Part shown: positions 1 to 10,678 of the stretch, in pieces | Layout: each line of letters begins with the position of its first letter | How positions within the stretch are numbered: the first letter of the stretch is position 1 | Source of the DNA: an uncultured Gammaproteobacteria bacterium | GTDB taxonomy: Bacteria > Patescibacteriota > Microgenomatia > CAZETR01 > Amesbacteraceae | Direction: 5' to 3' | Length of the DNA stretch: 64,000 nucleotides | Assembly: GCA_964633995.1 (NCBI GenBank) | Contig: CAZWKN010000003.1 | Location: 5,750-69,749, forward strand | Translations under genes and position numbers: made by a program | The notes under the pieces: model-generated | Told to the model about the DNA's origin: nothing | Database searches by the model: none | What the model saw: the letters and a program-made list of their open reading frames with translations, nothing else

Positions 1-36
1 GCTTTGAAAGAAGCTGTTAAGACATATGTTGATTAG
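1..36 (+). CDS. rplD: 3-prime end of ribosomal protein uL4 (partial, runs in from upstream)
   Basis: Reading frame 1 gives ...ALKEAVKTYVD* ending at TAG 34-36, overlapping the L23 start; position immediately upstream of L23 is the canonical place of L4. Too short to verify by sequence alone. Confidence 0.3.
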   Translation, partial: ALKEAVKTYVD

Positions 37-316
37 GCCGATATTAACTGAAAAATCAGTGAGAGAAACTTCCAAACATCGATTTACTTTTGAGGTGGGA
101 ATCGACGACACAAAAACAAACATAAAGAAATTGGTAGAAAAAACTTTTGGGGTGAATGTAGTTAAGATACAAACTCTGGTAATGCCCGGAAAAGCTTATA
201 GAGCAGGAAAAAGATGGATCTTTAAGCAGTCGCCCGAATGGAAAAAGGCGGTAGTAACATTAAAACCCGGTCAGAAAATTGAATTATTTGGAATAGAAGC
301 CCAGGGGAATAAATAA
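26..316 (+). CDS. rplW: 50S ribosomal protein uL23
   Basis: 96 aa; sequence and position (before L2) typical of L23. Confidence 0.93.
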   Translation: MLIRPILTEKSVRETSKHRFTFEVGIDDTKTNIKKLVEKTFGVNVVKIQTLVMPGKAYRAGKRWIFKQSPEWKKAVVTLKPGQKIELFGIEAQGNK

Positions 317-317
317 T

Positions 318-1145
318 ATGGCACTCAAACTTTTTAGACCAATAACTCCAGGAATGAGATTTTCTTCGGGCCTTGATTATTCCGGGCTGGCGGTTAATTC
401 ACCAGAAAAAAGCCTCAAGAGTATTTTACCTAAACAATCCGGAAGAAATTCGACTGGGAAAGTGACAACAAGACATCAAGGGGGCCGAGAAAAGAGATTC
501 TACCGTGAAATTGACTGGAAGAGGGAAAAAATAGACATGAAAGCAAAAGTGGTTTCAATTGAATATGATCCAAACAGAACGGCAAACATTGCATTACTTC
601 AATACTCTGATGGAGTTAAAAGATATATATTAGCACCCGAAGGACTCAAGCTTGGACAGACAATAATAAACGGGCCTTCGGCTCCATTAACTATTGGTAA
701 CTGTCTACCCATGAAAGATATTCCCGTGGGGACACCTATTCATGGGCTTGAAATTTTTCCAGGAAAAGGCGCACAAATTGTGAGGGGTGCCGGGGGAGCT
801 GCTTTGATCATGGGTTTTGAAGAAAGCAATGCTTTGGTAAAATTGCCCTCAGCTGAGATCCGAAGGTTTCCTGTTTCCTGTAGGGCTATAATTGGTCAGC
901 TAGGAAACGTTGAGTGGAAAAACATAAACCTAGGTAAGGCCGGTCGGAAACGACACATGGGAATTCGACCCACGGTTCGTGGTACAGCTCAAAATCCCAG
1001 AAGCCATAGTCATGGAGGCGGCGAGGGTAGATCTGGCGAAGGTATGCATCCCAAGACACCGTGGGGTAAGTCGGCCAGAGGAACTCGAACCAGAAATAAG
1101 AAAAGATATTCTAATTACTTGATCGCCCAAAGGCGAAGAAAATAA
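318..1145 (+). CDS. rplB: 50S ribosomal protein uL2
   Basis: 275 aa, conserved L2 C-terminal motifs (GGGEG, HMGIRPTVRG..NP..HPHGGGEG). Confidence 0.97.
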   Translation: MALKLFRPITPGMRFSSGLDYSGLAVNSPEKSLKSILPKQSGRNSTGKVTTRHQGGREKRFYREIDWKREKIDMKAKVVSIEYDPNRTANIALLQYSDGVKRYILAPEGLKLGQTIINGPSAPLTIGNCLPMKDIPVGTPIHGLEIFPGKGAQIVRGAGGAALIMGFEESNALVKLPSAEIRRFPVSCRAIIGQLGNVEWKNINLGKAGRKRHMGIRPTVRGTAQNPRSHSHGGGEGRSGEGMHPKTPWGKSARGTRTRNKKRYSNYLIAQRRRK

Positions 1146-1148
1146 AAT

Positions 1149-1433
1149 ATGAGCAGAAGTGCCAAAAAAGGACCTTATATTGATCCAAACCTGATAAAAA
1201 AGGTGGCCAAAATGGTGGTTTTGGGGAAGAAATCGGCTATAAAAACATGGTCGCGGGCAAGTCAGATTTCCCCGGATTTTGTGGGGTACACTTTTTCGAT
1301 TCATAATGGCAATAAATTTATTGACGTATTTATCAGTGAAGCTATGGTAGGTCACCGATTGGGCGAGTTTGCACCTACCCGCACCTTCAAAGGACATGGC
1401 GCAATTGTTAAAAGAACAATGGATAAAACTTAA
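1149..1433 (+). CDS. rpsS: 30S ribosomal protein uS19
   Basis: 94 aa, [15 protein letters not shown]... hallmark S19 N-terminus. Confidence 0.96.
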   Translation: MSRSAKKGPYIDPNLIKKVAKMVVLGKKSAIKTWSRASQISPDFVGYTFSIHNGNKFIDVFISEAMVGHRLGEFAPTRTFKGHGAIVKRTMDKT

Positions 1434-1434
1434 T

Positions 1435-1782
1435 ATGAAACTTATTAAAGCCAAGGCCTCTTTTGTTAGGTTTAGTCCGAGAAAGCTTAAGCTGATTGCT
1501 GATGCAGTCAGAAAGATGAATCCAGTTGAGGCGATATCATATCTTAAGTTTTTTCCACATAAAGCGGCAGTGCCTGTTTTGAAAGTCTTCAAACAAGCAA
1601 TGGGAAACGCAAAGGATGTATCAATATCCCCCGCTGATCTGGCGGTTCGCACTTTGCAAATCCAAGGCGGGCCTAGGGGGGCAAAAAAAGCAGATGTTCA
1701 TTCTCATGGAGCCAGATTTGACCGAGGGGTTCGAAGAAAAAGACTATCACATATTATTTTAGAACTGTCCACAAATAAATAA
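1435..1782 (+). CDS. rplV: 50S ribosomal protein uL22
   Basis: ORF track starts at 1369 but that extension overlaps rpsS; in-frame ATG at 1435 (MKLIKAKASFVRFSPRKL...) directly follows rpsS stop TAA 1431-1433 in TAATATG junction. Confidence 0.93.
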   Translation: MKLIKAKASFVRFSPRKLKLIADAVRKMNPVEAISYLKFFPHKAAVPVLKVFKQAMGNAKDVSISPADLAVRTLQIQGGPRGAKKADVHSHGARFDRGVRRKRLSHIILELSTNK

Positions 1783-1784
1783 AT

Positions 1785-2444
1785 ATGGGCCAAAAAGTAA
1801 ATCCATTAGCTTACAGATTGCCACTATCGCCGTCAGAGACGTGGTCTTCCCGATGGTTTACAACCAGTCATAAGAAATACATTAGTTACCTCGCCCAAGA
1901 TATTAAACTGAGAAAGGCCCTTATGGCTAAGTTGGCCGCGGCTTCGGTGACCAGGATCGAAATTGAAAGATCCTTGCGAAGCATGCGGGTAGTTATTTTT
2001 GTAACTAGACCCGGCGTGGTGATAGGAAGAGGTGGATCCGGACTTGAAGACATCAAGAAGTATATTTACTCGACGATGGGAATAAAGTCGGGAGCGAAAA
2101 ATACCCCAAGGATAGACTTGCAAGTTGAAGAGGTCAAGGAACCAGACCTAAATGCATATCTGGTGGCAACAAGAATATCCGAGCAATTGGCAAAGAGGAT
2201 GCCTGCTCGAAGAGTGGTTAACAAGGCTATGGAGAGAACGATGCAATCGCGGGCAGGTGGAATAAAGGTATTGCTGTCGGGAAGAATTGCCGGGGCCGAG
2301 ATTTCCAGAAGAGAAGCGTACAGAATGGGCTCTGTGCCACTCCAGACGCTCCGCGCAGACGTGGATTACGCCCAGGTGCCGTCTTTAACCAGATCGGGAT
2401 ATATTGGAGTTAAGGTATGGATTTGTAAGGGAGAAAAAAATTAG
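1785..2444 (+). CDS. rpsC: 30S ribosomal protein uS3
   Basis: 219 aa, [12 protein letters not shown]... S3 N-terminus, KH domain. Confidence 0.96.
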   Translation: MGQKVNPLAYRLPLSPSETWSSRWFTTSHKKYISYLAQDIKLRKALMAKLAAASVTRIEIERSLRSMRVVIFVTRPGVVIGRGGSGLEDIKKYIYSTMGIKSGAKNTPRIDLQVEEVKEPDLNAYLVATRISEQLAKRMPARRVVNKAMERTMQSRAGGIKVLLSGRIAGAEISRREAYRMGSVPLQTLRADVDYAQVPSLTRSGYIGVKVWICKGEKN

Positions 2445-2445
2445 T

Positions 2446-2853
2446 ATGTTACAACCTAAAAGACAAAAACACAGAAAGCAATTTAGAGGTCAGATGCCCG
2501 GTATGTCTACGAGGGGGGCGAAGGTATCATTTGGAGAGTTTGGACTTAAGGCCATGGACAGAGGGTGGCTTTCTTCCCGGCAGATTGAAGCTGCCAGGAA
2601 GGCCATTTCTAGACATGCACAGAGAGGTGGCAAGGTCTGGATTCGCGTGTTTCCCGATAAGCCAATTACAAAGAAGGCATTGGGCACCCGCATGGGATCG
2701 GGCAAGGGAGACATTCATGAGTACGTAGCGGTTATTACCCCGGGGAGAATCTTGTTTGAGATTGCGGGAGTTACCGAAGAAGTTGCTAAATTGGCATTTG
2801 AAAGAGCTTCGGCAAAATTGCCTTTCGATGTTAAAACCGTATCTAAGATATAA
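2446..2853 (+). CDS. rplP: 50S ribosomal protein uL16
   Basis: Trimmed to ATG 2446 ([15 protein letters not shown]...), the canonical L16 N-terminus, right after rpsC stop TAG 2442-2444. Confidence 0.94.
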   Translation: MLQPKRQKHRKQFRGQMPGMSTRGAKVSFGEFGLKAMDRGWLSSRQIEAARKAISRHAQRGGKVWIRVFPDKPITKKALGTRMGSGKGDIHEYVAVITPGRILFEIAGVTEEVAKLAFERASAKLPFDVKTVSKI

Positions 2854-2855
2854 AT

Positions 2856-3059
2856 ATGGCAAAAACTAAAGTAAAAATTTCGCTCAAAGATATGACAGCT
2901 TCCGAGCTGATGGTCGAGGCAAAAAGGCTAAATCGTGAAGTAGCTAAATTGCGACTTGAGAAATCAGTGGGTAAGTTAAAAAATTTGAAATCGGTATTTT
3001 TTGCACGAAAAAATCTTGCTAAAACTCTTACTGTTTTAAAAACAAAATTAATCGTATAA
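2856..3059 (+). CDS. rpmC: 50S ribosomal protein uL29
   Basis: 67 aa, coiled-coil, conserved position between L16 and S17. Confidence 0.88.
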   Translation: MAKTKVKISLKDMTASELMVEAKRLNREVAKLRLEKSVGKLKNLKSVFFARKNLAKTLTVLKTKLIV

Positions 3060-3071
3060 TAAGCCAATATT

Positions 3072-3296
3072 ATGAAAACCGTCTTAGGAAAAATAGTATC
3101 AGACAAAATGAAAAATGTGGTTGTTGTAGAAATGACCAGGCTTGTCGCACATCCGGAATACAGCAAGCGTGTACGACATACCAAGAAATTTCATGCTCAA
3201 AATGCTATTTCCGCCAAACTGGGCGATGTCGTCAAACTGGTTGAAACTAAACCAATTAGTAAAACTGTGAATTGGAAAGTTATTGAAATCATCTAA
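3072..3296 (+). CDS. rpsQ: 30S ribosomal protein uS17
   Basis: 74 aa, typical S17 OB-fold sequence and position. Confidence 0.92.
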   Translation: MKTVLGKIVSDKMKNVVVVEMTRLVAHPEYSKRVRHTKKFHAQNAISAKLGDVVKLVETKPISKTVNWKVIEII

Positions 3297-3298
3297 AA

Positions 3299-3670
3299 AT
3301 GCTACAGTTAAGATCAGTTTTATCACTAGCGGATAATTGCGGAGCAAAAAAGCTCAAGCTTATTCATGTGGCTGGGGGGTCCAAAAGGACGTATGCATAT
3401 GTTGGGGATGTGGTGACGGCCGTAGTTGATCAAGCTGATCCCAATGGTGCTGTCAAAGACTCGGAAATTGTTAAGGCTGTAATAGTAAGAACGAGAAAAG
3501 AAACCAGGCGAAAAGATGGGAGTTATATACGTTTTGATGATAATGCCGCGGTGGTTATTGACCCCAAAACCGGCGAACCGAGAGGGACGAGGATATTCGG
3601 ACCTATCGCCAGAGAGGTGAAGGAGGCGGGTTACGCAAAGATTGCATCTTTGGCCCCTGAAGTATTATGA
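3299..3670 (+). CDS. rplN: 50S ribosomal protein uL14
   Basis: 123 aa, [18 protein letters not shown]... L14 hallmark. Confidence 0.95.
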   Translation: MLQLRSVLSLADNCGAKKLKLIHVAGGSKRTYAYVGDVVTAVVDQADPNGAVKDSEIVKAVIVRTRKETRRKDGSYIRFDDNAAVVIDPKTGEPRGTRIFGPIAREVKEAGYAKIASLAPEVL

Positions 3671-3975
3671 AATTAAAAAAGAATGATTTAGTTATGGTGA
3701 CAACCGGGCGCGACAAAGGACGTCAGGGAAAAATTGAGAAAATCTTTTCTGACACAGAGTCGGTCTTGGTTTTGGGGATAAATCAGTATAAAAAACACCG
3801 TAAATCACAAGGTGAAGGAAAACCTGGTGATATCTTGACCCTAGACCGGCCAATAAAGACGTCTAAGGTGGCGATTATTTGCCCGAAATGTAAACAGCAG
3901 ACAAGAGTTGGCTTTACTTTATTAAATGACCAGAAGACCAGGGTTTGCCGTAAGTGCGACGAAAGGATAGATTGA
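3667..3975 (+). CDS. rplX: 50S ribosomal protein uL24 with C-terminal CxxC...CxxC zinc-ribbon-like tail
   Basis: KOW motif ([15 protein letters not shown]), position between L14 and L5; C-terminus [26 protein letters not shown] contains four Cys in two CxxC pairs. Confidence 0.9.
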   Translation: MKLKKNDLVMVTTGRDKGRQGKIEKIFSDTESVLVLGINQYKKHRKSQGEGKPGDILTLDRPIKTSKVAIICPKCKQQTRVGFTLLNDQKTRVCRKCDERID

Positions 3976-3977
3976 TT

Positions 3978-4523
3978 ATGAATTTATTTGAACACTATCA
4001 ACAAAATGTAGCCTCTAAACTGGCTGAAGAATTTGGGATTGCCAACCCAATGGCTATTCCTAAATTAACAAAGGTGGTTGTGAATATTGGATTGAAAGAG
4101 GCCGCTCACGATAAAGGGGTTTTGGAAAAGGCATCTGCTCAACTTGGCGACATCACAGGACAAAAACCTAAAATTACACGAGCTAAAAAATCCATTGCCA
4201 ACTTTAAACTCAGGGAGGGCGACCCGGTTGGACTTACGGTAACACTTCGAGGCAAGAGAATGTACGATTTTCTAACCAAACTTTTCAATATCGTGTTGCC
4301 AAGAGTCAGGGATTTTCATGGCGTTTCTACGAAGGCCTTTGACCTTTCTGGCAACTATACATTAGGTCTTTCTGAGCAAATTGTTTTCCCAGAAATCGAC
4401 TACTCCAAGATAGATAAAATCAGAGGCTTGGAGATCACAATCGTAAGTTCGGCAGTGGATGGTAAAATGGCAAGACGCTTACTGGAACTATTAGGTTTGG
4501 TATTTGAAAAGGAAGGCAAATAA
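3978..4523 (+). CDS. rplE: 50S ribosomal protein uL5
   Basis: Trimmed to ATG 3978 ([11 protein letters not shown]...), directly after rplX stop TGA 3973-3975. Confidence 0.93.
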   Translation: MNLFEHYQQNVASKLAEEFGIANPMAIPKLTKVVVNIGLKEAAHDKGVLEKASAQLGDITGQKPKITRAKKSIANFKLREGDPVGLTVTLRGKRMYDFLTKLFNIVLPRVRDFHGVSTKAFDLSGNYTLGLSEQIVFPEIDYSKIDKIRGLEITIVSSAVDGKMARRLLELLGLVFEKEGK

Positions 4524-4527
4524 AAAT

Positions 4528-4716
4528 ATGGCAAAAACATCTAAAATTGTTAAACAAAACAACGGGACGCTGAAATATCCGACTCAGTATAGAAATCGGT
4601 GTCAAGTTTGCGGCCGACCCAGATCCTTTATGCGAATGTTTGGGTTGTGCAGATTGTGTTTTAGAGAGTTAGCAAATAAAGGCGAATTGCCGGGAGTGAA
4701 AAAAGCATCATGGTAA
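4528..4716 (+). CDS. rpsZ: 30S ribosomal protein uS14, zinc-binding short (type Z) form
   Basis: Trimmed to ATG 4528 ([10 protein letters not shown]...); 62 aa with CQVCGRP...CRLC zinc knuckle. Confidence 0.9.
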   Translation: MAKTSKIVKQNNGTLKYPTQYRNRCQVCGRPRSFMRMFGLCRLCFRELANKGELPGVKKASW

Positions 4717-5090
4717 ACGACCATTTGTCAGATTTTATTACCAGAATTAGAAATGGCTATATGGCTGGGCGTAAGTCGGTGGATGCCCCAATGATTAAAA
4801 TCGTGGAAAAAGTAGCGCAAGTATTGGCTAAAGAGGGCTACGTAGAGGGGGTAAAAAGAGCAGATGGTCGGCTAGTTGTAGATTTGAAGTACGAAGATAA
4901 AAAACCAGTAATTATGGGAATAAAAAGAGTATCTAAGCCAGGAGCCAGGATTTATACATCTATACAAAAAATTGAAAGAGTCTGGGGAGGTTTAGGAAAA
5001 AATATTTTATCCACACCAAAAGGAATTATGAGCGATAAGGAAGCAAGAAAGTTAAAAACCGGTGGAGAAATTATTTGCCAGGTTTGGTAA
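4710..5090 (+). CDS. rpsH: 30S ribosomal protein uS8
   Basis: 126 aa, S8 sequence; 7-nt overlap with rpsZ. Confidence 0.94.
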   Translation: MVNDHLSDFITRIRNGYMAGRKSVDAPMIKIVEKVAQVLAKEGYVEGVKRADGRLVVDLKYEDKKPVIMGIKRVSKPGARIYTSIQKIERVWGGLGKNILSTPKGIMSDKEARKLKTGGEIICQVW

Positions 5091-5096
5091 ACGCTT

Positions 5097-5642
5097 ATGT
5101 CAAGAATCGGAAAAAATCCAATTAATTTACCCAGTGGAGTAACTATTAAGGTTGAGGGCGGCAAGGTGCTCGTCTTTGGACCTAAGGGCAATTTGCAAAT
5201 AAACATTCCTACAGGCGTGTCGGTTGATTTGGCGAACGAGCACGTTACGGTTAAAGGAGAAGGCGAGATTGGCTCTTTACTAGGGCTAACCAGGACTCTT
5301 GTTTCCAATATGGTAGTTGGGGTAACTGAAGGTTGGAGCAAGGTTTTGGAACTTTCGGGGACCGGATACAGAGCAAACACAACTGGTAACGAGCTAAATT
5401 TGGCTCTTGGTTTCTCTCACCCAGTGAAATTGGTGGCCCCTGCTGGCCTAACTTTTGAAGTAAAGGATAACAAAATAACCATTAGAGGGGCTGACAAGTC
5501 GCTTGTTGGGGAAATGGCTGCTAAAATAAGAGCCCTGAAGCCAGCTGACCCTTACAAAGCCAAGGGGTTTAAATATGAAGGTGAAGTTATTATTAGGAAA
5601 GCTGGGAAAGCGGCCAAGGCTGCCGGAACAGGAGGAAAATAA
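5097..5642 (+). CDS. rplF: 50S ribosomal protein uL6
   Basis: 181 aa, MSRIGKNPI... hallmark. Confidence 0.95.
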   Translation: MSRIGKNPINLPSGVTIKVEGGKVLVFGPKGNLQINIPTGVSVDLANEHVTVKGEGEIGSLLGLTRTLVSNMVVGVTEGWSKVLELSGTGYRANTTGNELNLALGFSHPVKLVAPAGLTFEVKDNKITIRGADKSLVGEMAAKIRALKPADPYKAKGFKYEGEVIIRKAGKAAKAAGTGGK

Positions 5643-5644
5643 AT

Positions 5645-5974
5645 ATGAGTAAATTAATCGTAAAAAGATATGCATCTAGGGCCGCAAGAAGACTAGCCAG
5701 GGTCAGGTCGGCAGTTTCTAAAAACCTGGAGGTTCCACGATTGTCGGTGTTTAAATCGAATAAATACCTTTACGCGCAGATTATCGATCAAAAGACTGGA
5801 AAATCCGTAGCTGGTGTAAGGTCCAAGACTGCCGACGAGGCAGGTAAAAGGATCACCGAAAAGGCGATGGCGACTGGGATTAAGAATGTAATTTTTGACC
5901 GGGGATCTTACAGATATCACGGTAAAGTCAAATTATTAGCTGAGAGCGCCAGAGAGGCGGGATTGGAGTTTTAA
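5645..5974 (+). CDS. rplR: 50S ribosomal protein uL18
   Basis: 109 aa, basic N-terminus, L18 position and sequence. Confidence 0.92.
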   Translation: MSKLIVKRYASRAARRLARVRSAVSKNLEVPRLSVFKSNKYLYAQIIDQKTGKSVAGVRSKTADEAGKRITEKAMATGIKNVIFDRGSYRYHGKVKLLAESAREAGLEF

Positions 5975-5975
5975 T

Positions 5976-6425
5976 ATGTGGCAGGCAGAACCAAAAGAAT
6001 ACGAAGAGAAAGTAGTCCAGGTTAATAGGGTCTCTAAAAAAACAAAGGGTGGTAATCGGGCGAGCTTCGCCGCCTTGGTGGTGGTGGGTAATAAGAAAGG
6101 GCGTGTCGGAGTGGGGCTTGGAAAGGCGCCTGACGTCGCATCTGCAATTAGAAAGGCTAGTAGCTACGCCCAAAAACGACTTATTGATGTGCCGATGAGA
6201 GGGACGACAATTCCTCACGAAATAAAAATTAAACTAGGCGCAGCCAGATTGATCTTAAAACCAGCCCCAGAGGGATCCGGAGTCATTGCTGGTGGTCCGG
6301 TAAGAGCAGTTGTAGAGGCCGCTGGGATTAGGGATATTGTGGCAAAGATTTTGGGAACAGCTAATAAAGCTAGTAATGTTTACGCGACGTTTGATGCGTT
6401 AAAAATGTTAAAGAAGAACAAATAA
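5976..6425 (+). CDS. rpsE: 30S ribosomal protein uS5
   Basis: 149 aa, dsRBD plus S5 C-terminal domain; followed directly by L15 with no L30 gene. Confidence 0.95.
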   Translation: MWQAEPKEYEEKVVQVNRVSKKTKGGNRASFAALVVVGNKKGRVGVGLGKAPDVASAIRKASSYAQKRLIDVPMRGTTIPHEIKIKLGAARLILKPAPEGSGVIAGGPVRAVVEAAGIRDIVAKILGTANKASNVYATFDALKMLKKNK

Positions 6426-6426
6426 T

Positions 6427-6861
6427 ATGACTGAAATTAAGTTACCAAAATTAGTCGTTAGATCATCAAAAAGAGTGGGTAGGGGTATAGGTTCCGGAAA
6501 GGGCGGACATACAAGTGGACGGGGCAACAAGGGACAAAAGGCGAGAGGAAAGGTGGCAATAAACTTTGAGGGTACAAAGTTTAAGAAATCGCTAATTAAA
6601 AGGTTACCGTTATTACGAGGGAAGGGTAAGTTTAATTCATGGAATCAGCGAGTAACCCCTATAAAGTTGACTAGCCTTTCAAATTGGCCAGCTAAAGAAG
6701 TTGTCAGCCTTGAAAACCTGATTAAATTTGGAATGGTAAAGAGCGGGGAAATGGCAAAAATTGTCGCCGACGGGGAAATAAAGGTCGCTTTGACCATAGC
6801 TGTGCCTGCCTCTGCTTCTGCTTTATCCAAAATCACAAAAGCCGGCGGGAAAGTGGAATAA
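6427..6861 (+). CDS. rplO: 50S ribosomal protein uL15
   Basis: 144 aa, Gly/Arg-rich N-terminus typical of L15. Confidence 0.93.
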   Translation: MTEIKLPKLVVRSSKRVGRGIGSGKGGHTSGRGNKGQKARGKVAINFEGTKFKKSLIKRLPLLRGKGKFNSWNQRVTPIKLTSLSNWPAKEVVSLENLIKFGMVKSGEMAKIVADGEIKVALTIAVPASASALSKITKAGGKVE

Positions 6862-6865
6862 GTAA

Positions 6866-8155
6866 ATGAAAAAGATGACACAGATGTTGTCAATGGTATG
6901 GCGCTCGAAAGAGTTGCGAAACAAGCTGTTGTTTACGGTAGTAATCTTGTTTTTGTATAGATTATTGGCTCATATTCCAGTGGCTGGAGTGGACAGAAAT
7001 GCCCTCAAACAATTGTTCTCCGGGAGCCAAATATTGGGACTTTTGGATATCTTTTCCGGGGGAACTTTGGCTAATTTTTCATTAGTAGCACTAGGCCTTG
7101 GACCATATATTAACGCCTCTATTATCATGCAGTTGCTCTCAGTGATATTTCCAAAACTCGAAGAGATGCAAAAAGAGGGCGAGTATGGACGCGAGATCAT
7201 TAATCAGTACACAAGGATGTTGGCAGTCCCTATATCGTTATTACAAGGAATTGCAATGTATTTTCTGTTAAGGGGCCAGCAAATTATAGGTGATCTAAAT
7301 CCCCTTTCTATGATTGCGCTTTTGGCCACGTTGACGGCTGGAACGATGTTGACTGTGTGGCTGGGAGAACTAATCACAGAATACGGAATAGGAAATGGCA
7401 TTAGTTTGCTGATTTTTGCGGGAATAGTGGGACGACTACCAGTAACACTTGGGCAGACAGTAGCAACTCTTGAAACTATCAACTTCGGTAATTTATTGGT
7501 GTTTGTAGGGCTTAGTTTGGTGGTTGTTGCGGGCGTCGTCTTTATGAACGAAGCATCAAGAAACATATTGGTCCAATATGCAAAACGCATTAAGTCGGGA
7601 AAGTCATATGGTGGACAAGCCACACATCTTCCCCTCAGAGTTAATCAAGCCGGAGTAATCCCTATAATATTTGCGGTTTCTTTGGTGTTGCTTCCATCAA
7701 TGGTGGGTAAGTTTTTGGAGCAATCAGGGAACCAAGTGTTGGCGGGATCAGCAAGATGGCTAGCAGATGTTATGAGACCCGGAGGGTGGACGTACAATTT
7801 AGTATATTTTGCCCTGGTGGTGGGGTTCACTTATTTTTACACCGCCGTGGTGTTTAACCCTGAAAAAATTTCTGAGGATTTGAAAAAATACGGAGGCTTC
7901 ATCCCAGGAATCCGACCGGGGGTGGCCACGACAGAATATTTGAATCAGGTGTTAAACAGAATCACGTTTGCTGGTGCCTTGTTTTTGGGGACAATTGCAG
8001 TTTTACCATCTGTAATGCAAGAGGTGTTTAAGATTCCTACCTTATCCATGGGAGGAACAGGTATCTTGATCGTAGTATCAGTAGTCTTGGAGACCACAAA
8101 ATCGTTGCAATCCCAATTATTGGTGAAAAATTACGACGGTTTTTTGGGCGCGTGA
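6866..8155 (+). CDS. secY: Preprotein translocase subunit SecY
   Basis: 429 aa, 10 TM-like segments, conserved position after rplO. Confidence 0.95.
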   Translation: MKKMTQMLSMVWRSKELRNKLLFTVVILFLYRLLAHIPVAGVDRNALKQLFSGSQILGLLDIFSGGTLANFSLVALGLGPYINASIIMQLLSVIFPKLEEMQKEGEYGREIINQYTRMLAVPISLLQGIAMYFLLRGQQIIGDLNPLSMIALLATLTAGTMLTVWLGELITEYGIGNGISLLIFAGIVGRLPVTLGQTVATLETINFGNLLVFVGLSLVVVAGVVFMNEASRNILVQYAKRIKSGKSYGGQATHLPLRVNQAGVIPIIFAVSLVLLPSMVGKFLEQSGNQVLAGSARWLADVMRPGGWTYNLVYFALVVGFTYFYTAVVFNPEKISEDLKKYGGFIPGIRPGVATTEYLNQVLNRITFAGALFLGTIAVLPSVMQEVFKIPTLSMGGTGILIVVSVVLETTKSLQSQLLVKNYDGFLGA

Positions 8156-8156
8156 T

Positions 8157-8798
8157 ATGAACATTGTTCTGACGGGACCGCAGGGATCGGGAAAAGGAAC
8201 TCAGGCAGAATTATTGGCAAATAAATATCATCTTATCTATTTGGAAATGGGAAAGATCCTTAGGAGCATATCTACATCTGACAACGAACACTCCAAGATC
8301 GTTTTTGATGCATTAAATTCCGGAAATCTAGTACCTGACGAATACGTGAGATTGATAGCCTGGGATTTTATAAACAAGCATCACGACACTCACAATGGTT
8401 TTATATTTGACGGTTACCCGCGCAGCGTTGAACAGTATGACCAGCTCGAGGATATTTTATGTAAGTTTGGAAAACAAATTGATCACGTAATTCTACTTGA
8501 TATCCCCCCAGAGGAGTCGGTAAGACGATTAACAGCTAGGAGAAATTGTGAGAAATGTGGGGCTATTTATAACTTAATTACCGAACCTCCCAAAAAGTTA
8601 GATGAGTGTGATAAATGTGGAGGAAAGTTGATTAGTCGATTAGATGACCAGCCAGACGCCATAAGAAGAAGACTTCAACTTTATAGGGAAAGCACAGCCG
8701 GCGTGTTGAAAAGGGCGGAACTAGAAAATAAATTGATAATAATAGATGGCAAAAAAAGTATAAATGATATTTTTAGCGACATTGTTTCCAAGCTGTAA
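8157..8798 (+). CDS. adk: Adenylate kinase (zinc-lid type)
   Basis: P-loop GPQGSGKGTQ; lid CEKCG...CDKCGG. Confidence 0.95.
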   Translation: MNIVLTGPQGSGKGTQAELLANKYHLIYLEMGKILRSISTSDNEHSKIVFDALNSGNLVPDEYVRLIAWDFINKHHDTHNGFIFDGYPRSVEQYDQLEDILCKFGKQIDHVILLDIPPEESVRRLTARRNCEKCGAIYNLITEPPKKLDECDKCGGKLISRLDDQPDAIRRRLQLYRESTAGVLKRAELENKLIIIDGKKSINDIFSDIVSKL

Positions 8799-9556
8799 TG
8801 AAGAAGTTTTCTATAAAATCACCTCAGGAAATTGAAATTATGACCCAGGGGGGGGCTATGCTTGCTAAGATAAAACGCCAACTAGCCGAGGCTGCGGATA
8901 TTGGCATGACTACACTGGAGCTAGACAGCCTAGCGGAAAAACTGATTGAGAAAACTGGAGGTGAGGCTGCATTTAAAAGGGTGCCGGGGTATAAACATGC
9001 AACGTGCATAAACATTAACGAGGAAGTGGTTCACGGGATTCCGGGAGAGCGAAGGATTAAAAACGGCGATTTGGTGGCGATTGACGTAGGTCTTTATTAT
9101 AAGGGATTTTATACTGACACTTCGGTATCCGTGGGGGTCGGAAAAATCAGTCCAAAAGTAAAACTTTTTTTAGAAGTGGGTAAAAAAGCGCTTTCGAAAG
9201 CAATTTTTGAAGCTAGACCCGGAAAACGAGTGATCGATATATCAACGGCCATGCAAAAAACCATCGAGAAAGCCGGATATTCCGTGGTTAGATCTTTAAC
9301 TGGCCATGGTGTGGGCAGAGAGCTACACGAAGAACCGGCGATTCCGTGTTTTAGGCTGGGCGAGTACCAACATTCCCCCAAGTTGGTTTCGGGCATGGTT
9401 ATTGCCGTCGAAGTTATGTATAACGAGGGTGGGTGGGAAGTGGTATATAAAAACGATGACGGTTGGACAATAGGCACGGCTGATGGTAAAATATCAGGAC
9501 TGTTTGAAGAAACTGTAGCCATAACTGCTAGTGGACCGGTGGTTCTTACAGACTAA
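8798..9556 (+). CDS. map: Methionine aminopeptidase type I
   Basis: 252 aa, pita-bread fold motifs (VHGIP, DLVAIDVG, metal ligand pattern). Confidence 0.92.
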   Translation: MKKFSIKSPQEIEIMTQGGAMLAKIKRQLAEAADIGMTTLELDSLAEKLIEKTGGEAAFKRVPGYKHATCININEEVVHGIPGERRIKNGDLVAIDVGLYYKGFYTDTSVSVGVGKISPKVKLFLEVGKKALSKAIFEARPGKRVIDISTAMQKTIEKAGYSVVRSLTGHGVGRELHEEPAIPCFRLGEYQHSPKLVSGMVIAVEVMYNEGGWEVVYKNDDGWTIGTADGKISGLFEETVAITASGPVVLTD

Positions 9557-9562
9557 AAAAAG

Positions 9563-9802
9563 ATGAGTAGCTCACAGGTTTTTTCGGTCGAAGGGGTCGT
9601 TTTGGAGAACTTACCCAATACGATGTTTCGCATCAAAATTACGGCCGCAAATAACTCGGAGTTGCTGGAAAAAACGATTTTGGCTCACCTGGCAGGCAAG
9701 ATGAGAGTTCACTTTGTTCGCCTGCTTCCGGGTGATAGAGTGCGATGCGAAATAAACGCACTGGACCTAACCAAAGGAAGGGTTGTAAGTAAACAAAGAT
9801 AA
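9563..9802 (+). CDS. infA: Translation initiation factor IF-1
   Basis: 79 aa S1-like OB fold, conserved position. Confidence 0.92.
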   Translation: MSSSQVFSVEGVVLENLPNTMFRIKITAANNSELLEKTILAHLAGKMRVHFVRLLPGDRVRCEINALDLTKGRVVSKQR

Positions 9803-9809
9803 ACAAAAA

Positions 9810-9923
9810 ATGAAAGTGCAAGCCAGCATTACTACAAGGTGTCGCAATTGCAAGGTGATTAAACGCCGGGGTACGTTGTTTGTTATTTGTACAAATCCAA
9901 AACACAAACAAAGACAAGGTTAA
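9810..9923 (+). CDS. rpmJ: 50S ribosomal protein bL36 (zinc form) - not in supplied ORF track (below length cutoff)
   Basis: Manual translation ATG 9810: [37 protein letters not shown] (37 aa; C..C...C..H zinc ribbon), stop TAA 9921-9923, between infA and rpsM as in most bacteria. Confidence 0.85.
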   Translation: MKVQASITTRCRNCKVIKRRGTLFVICTNPKHKQRQG

Positions 9924-9924
9924 T

Positions 9925-10332
9925 ATGCCAAGAATTGCAGGAGTTGATATTCCAGAAAAGAAACGAATTGACATAGCGTTGACATATGTCTACGGCCTGG
10001 GAAGGGTTAACGTCGTTGAAGTACTGAAAAAGGCTAATCTAATAGCTTCAAAAAGGACTTATGAACTGACGGCTGACGAGTTGTCTAGACTTCAAAAGAC
10101 TGTTGACGAGATGAAACTTGAGGGAGATTTACGAAAAGAAACATCGCAGAACATTTCAAGACTGAGAGAGATTGGCTCATACAGAGGCATCAGGCACTCC
10201 AGAGGACTACCAGTCCGCGGTCAACGAACAAGGACTAATGCCAGGACAAAGAGGGGCAAGAGGGTAACAATTGGGGCACTAAAGAAAGAGGTTTTGGCTC
10301 AAAAGACAGTTAAGGAGGAAACTAAAAAATAA
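9925..10332 (+). CDS. rpsM: 30S ribosomal protein uS13
   Basis: Trimmed to ATG 9925 (MPRIAGVDIP...) right after rpmJ stop (TAATATG junction). Confidence 0.94.
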   Translation: MPRIAGVDIPEKKRIDIALTYVYGLGRVNVVEVLKKANLIASKRTYELTADELSRLQKTVDEMKLEGDLRKETSQNISRLREIGSYRGIRHSRGLPVRGQRTRTNARTKRGKRVTIGALKKEVLAQKTVKEETKK

Positions 10333-10335
10333 AAT

Positions 10336-10677
10336 ATGAACGGAAAGGCTTTTATTACTGCTACATTCAATAATACCCTGGTAACGATTACTGATGGGTC
10401 TGGAAATGCGGTTTCTTGGGGCTCTTCTGGAGCGTCTGGGTTTAAGGGAACTCGAAAGTCTACCCCCTTTGCTGCAACTACAGCTGTAGAAGGAGCCGCG
10501 AGAAAAGCCATGGATAAAGGAGTGAAAGAGGTTGAAGTATACTTAAAGGGTCCGGGTAGCGGAAGAGATGCCGCCTTGAGGGCTCTTAAATCGGTGGGGA
10601 TGAAAATGACTCTAATAGCAGATGTAACCCCGATGGCACATAACGGGGCGAGACCTAAAAAGAGAAGGAGAGTATAA
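10336..10677 (+). CDS. rpsK: 30S ribosomal protein uS11
   Basis: 113 aa, S11 sequence; not followed by rpsD/rpoA/rplQ. Confidence 0.95.
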   Translation: MNGKAFITATFNNTLVTITDGSGNAVSWGSSGASGFKGTRKSTPFAATTAVEGAARKAMDKGVKEVEVYLKGPGSGRDAALRALKSVGMKMTLIADVTPMAHNGARPKKRRRV

Positions 10678-10678
10678 A

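Noticed and set aside
930-1652. 240-aa minus-strand ORF overlapping rplB/rpsS/rplV
   Set aside because: Antisense to highly conserved ribosomal protein genes; low-complexity translation. Typical shadow ORF.
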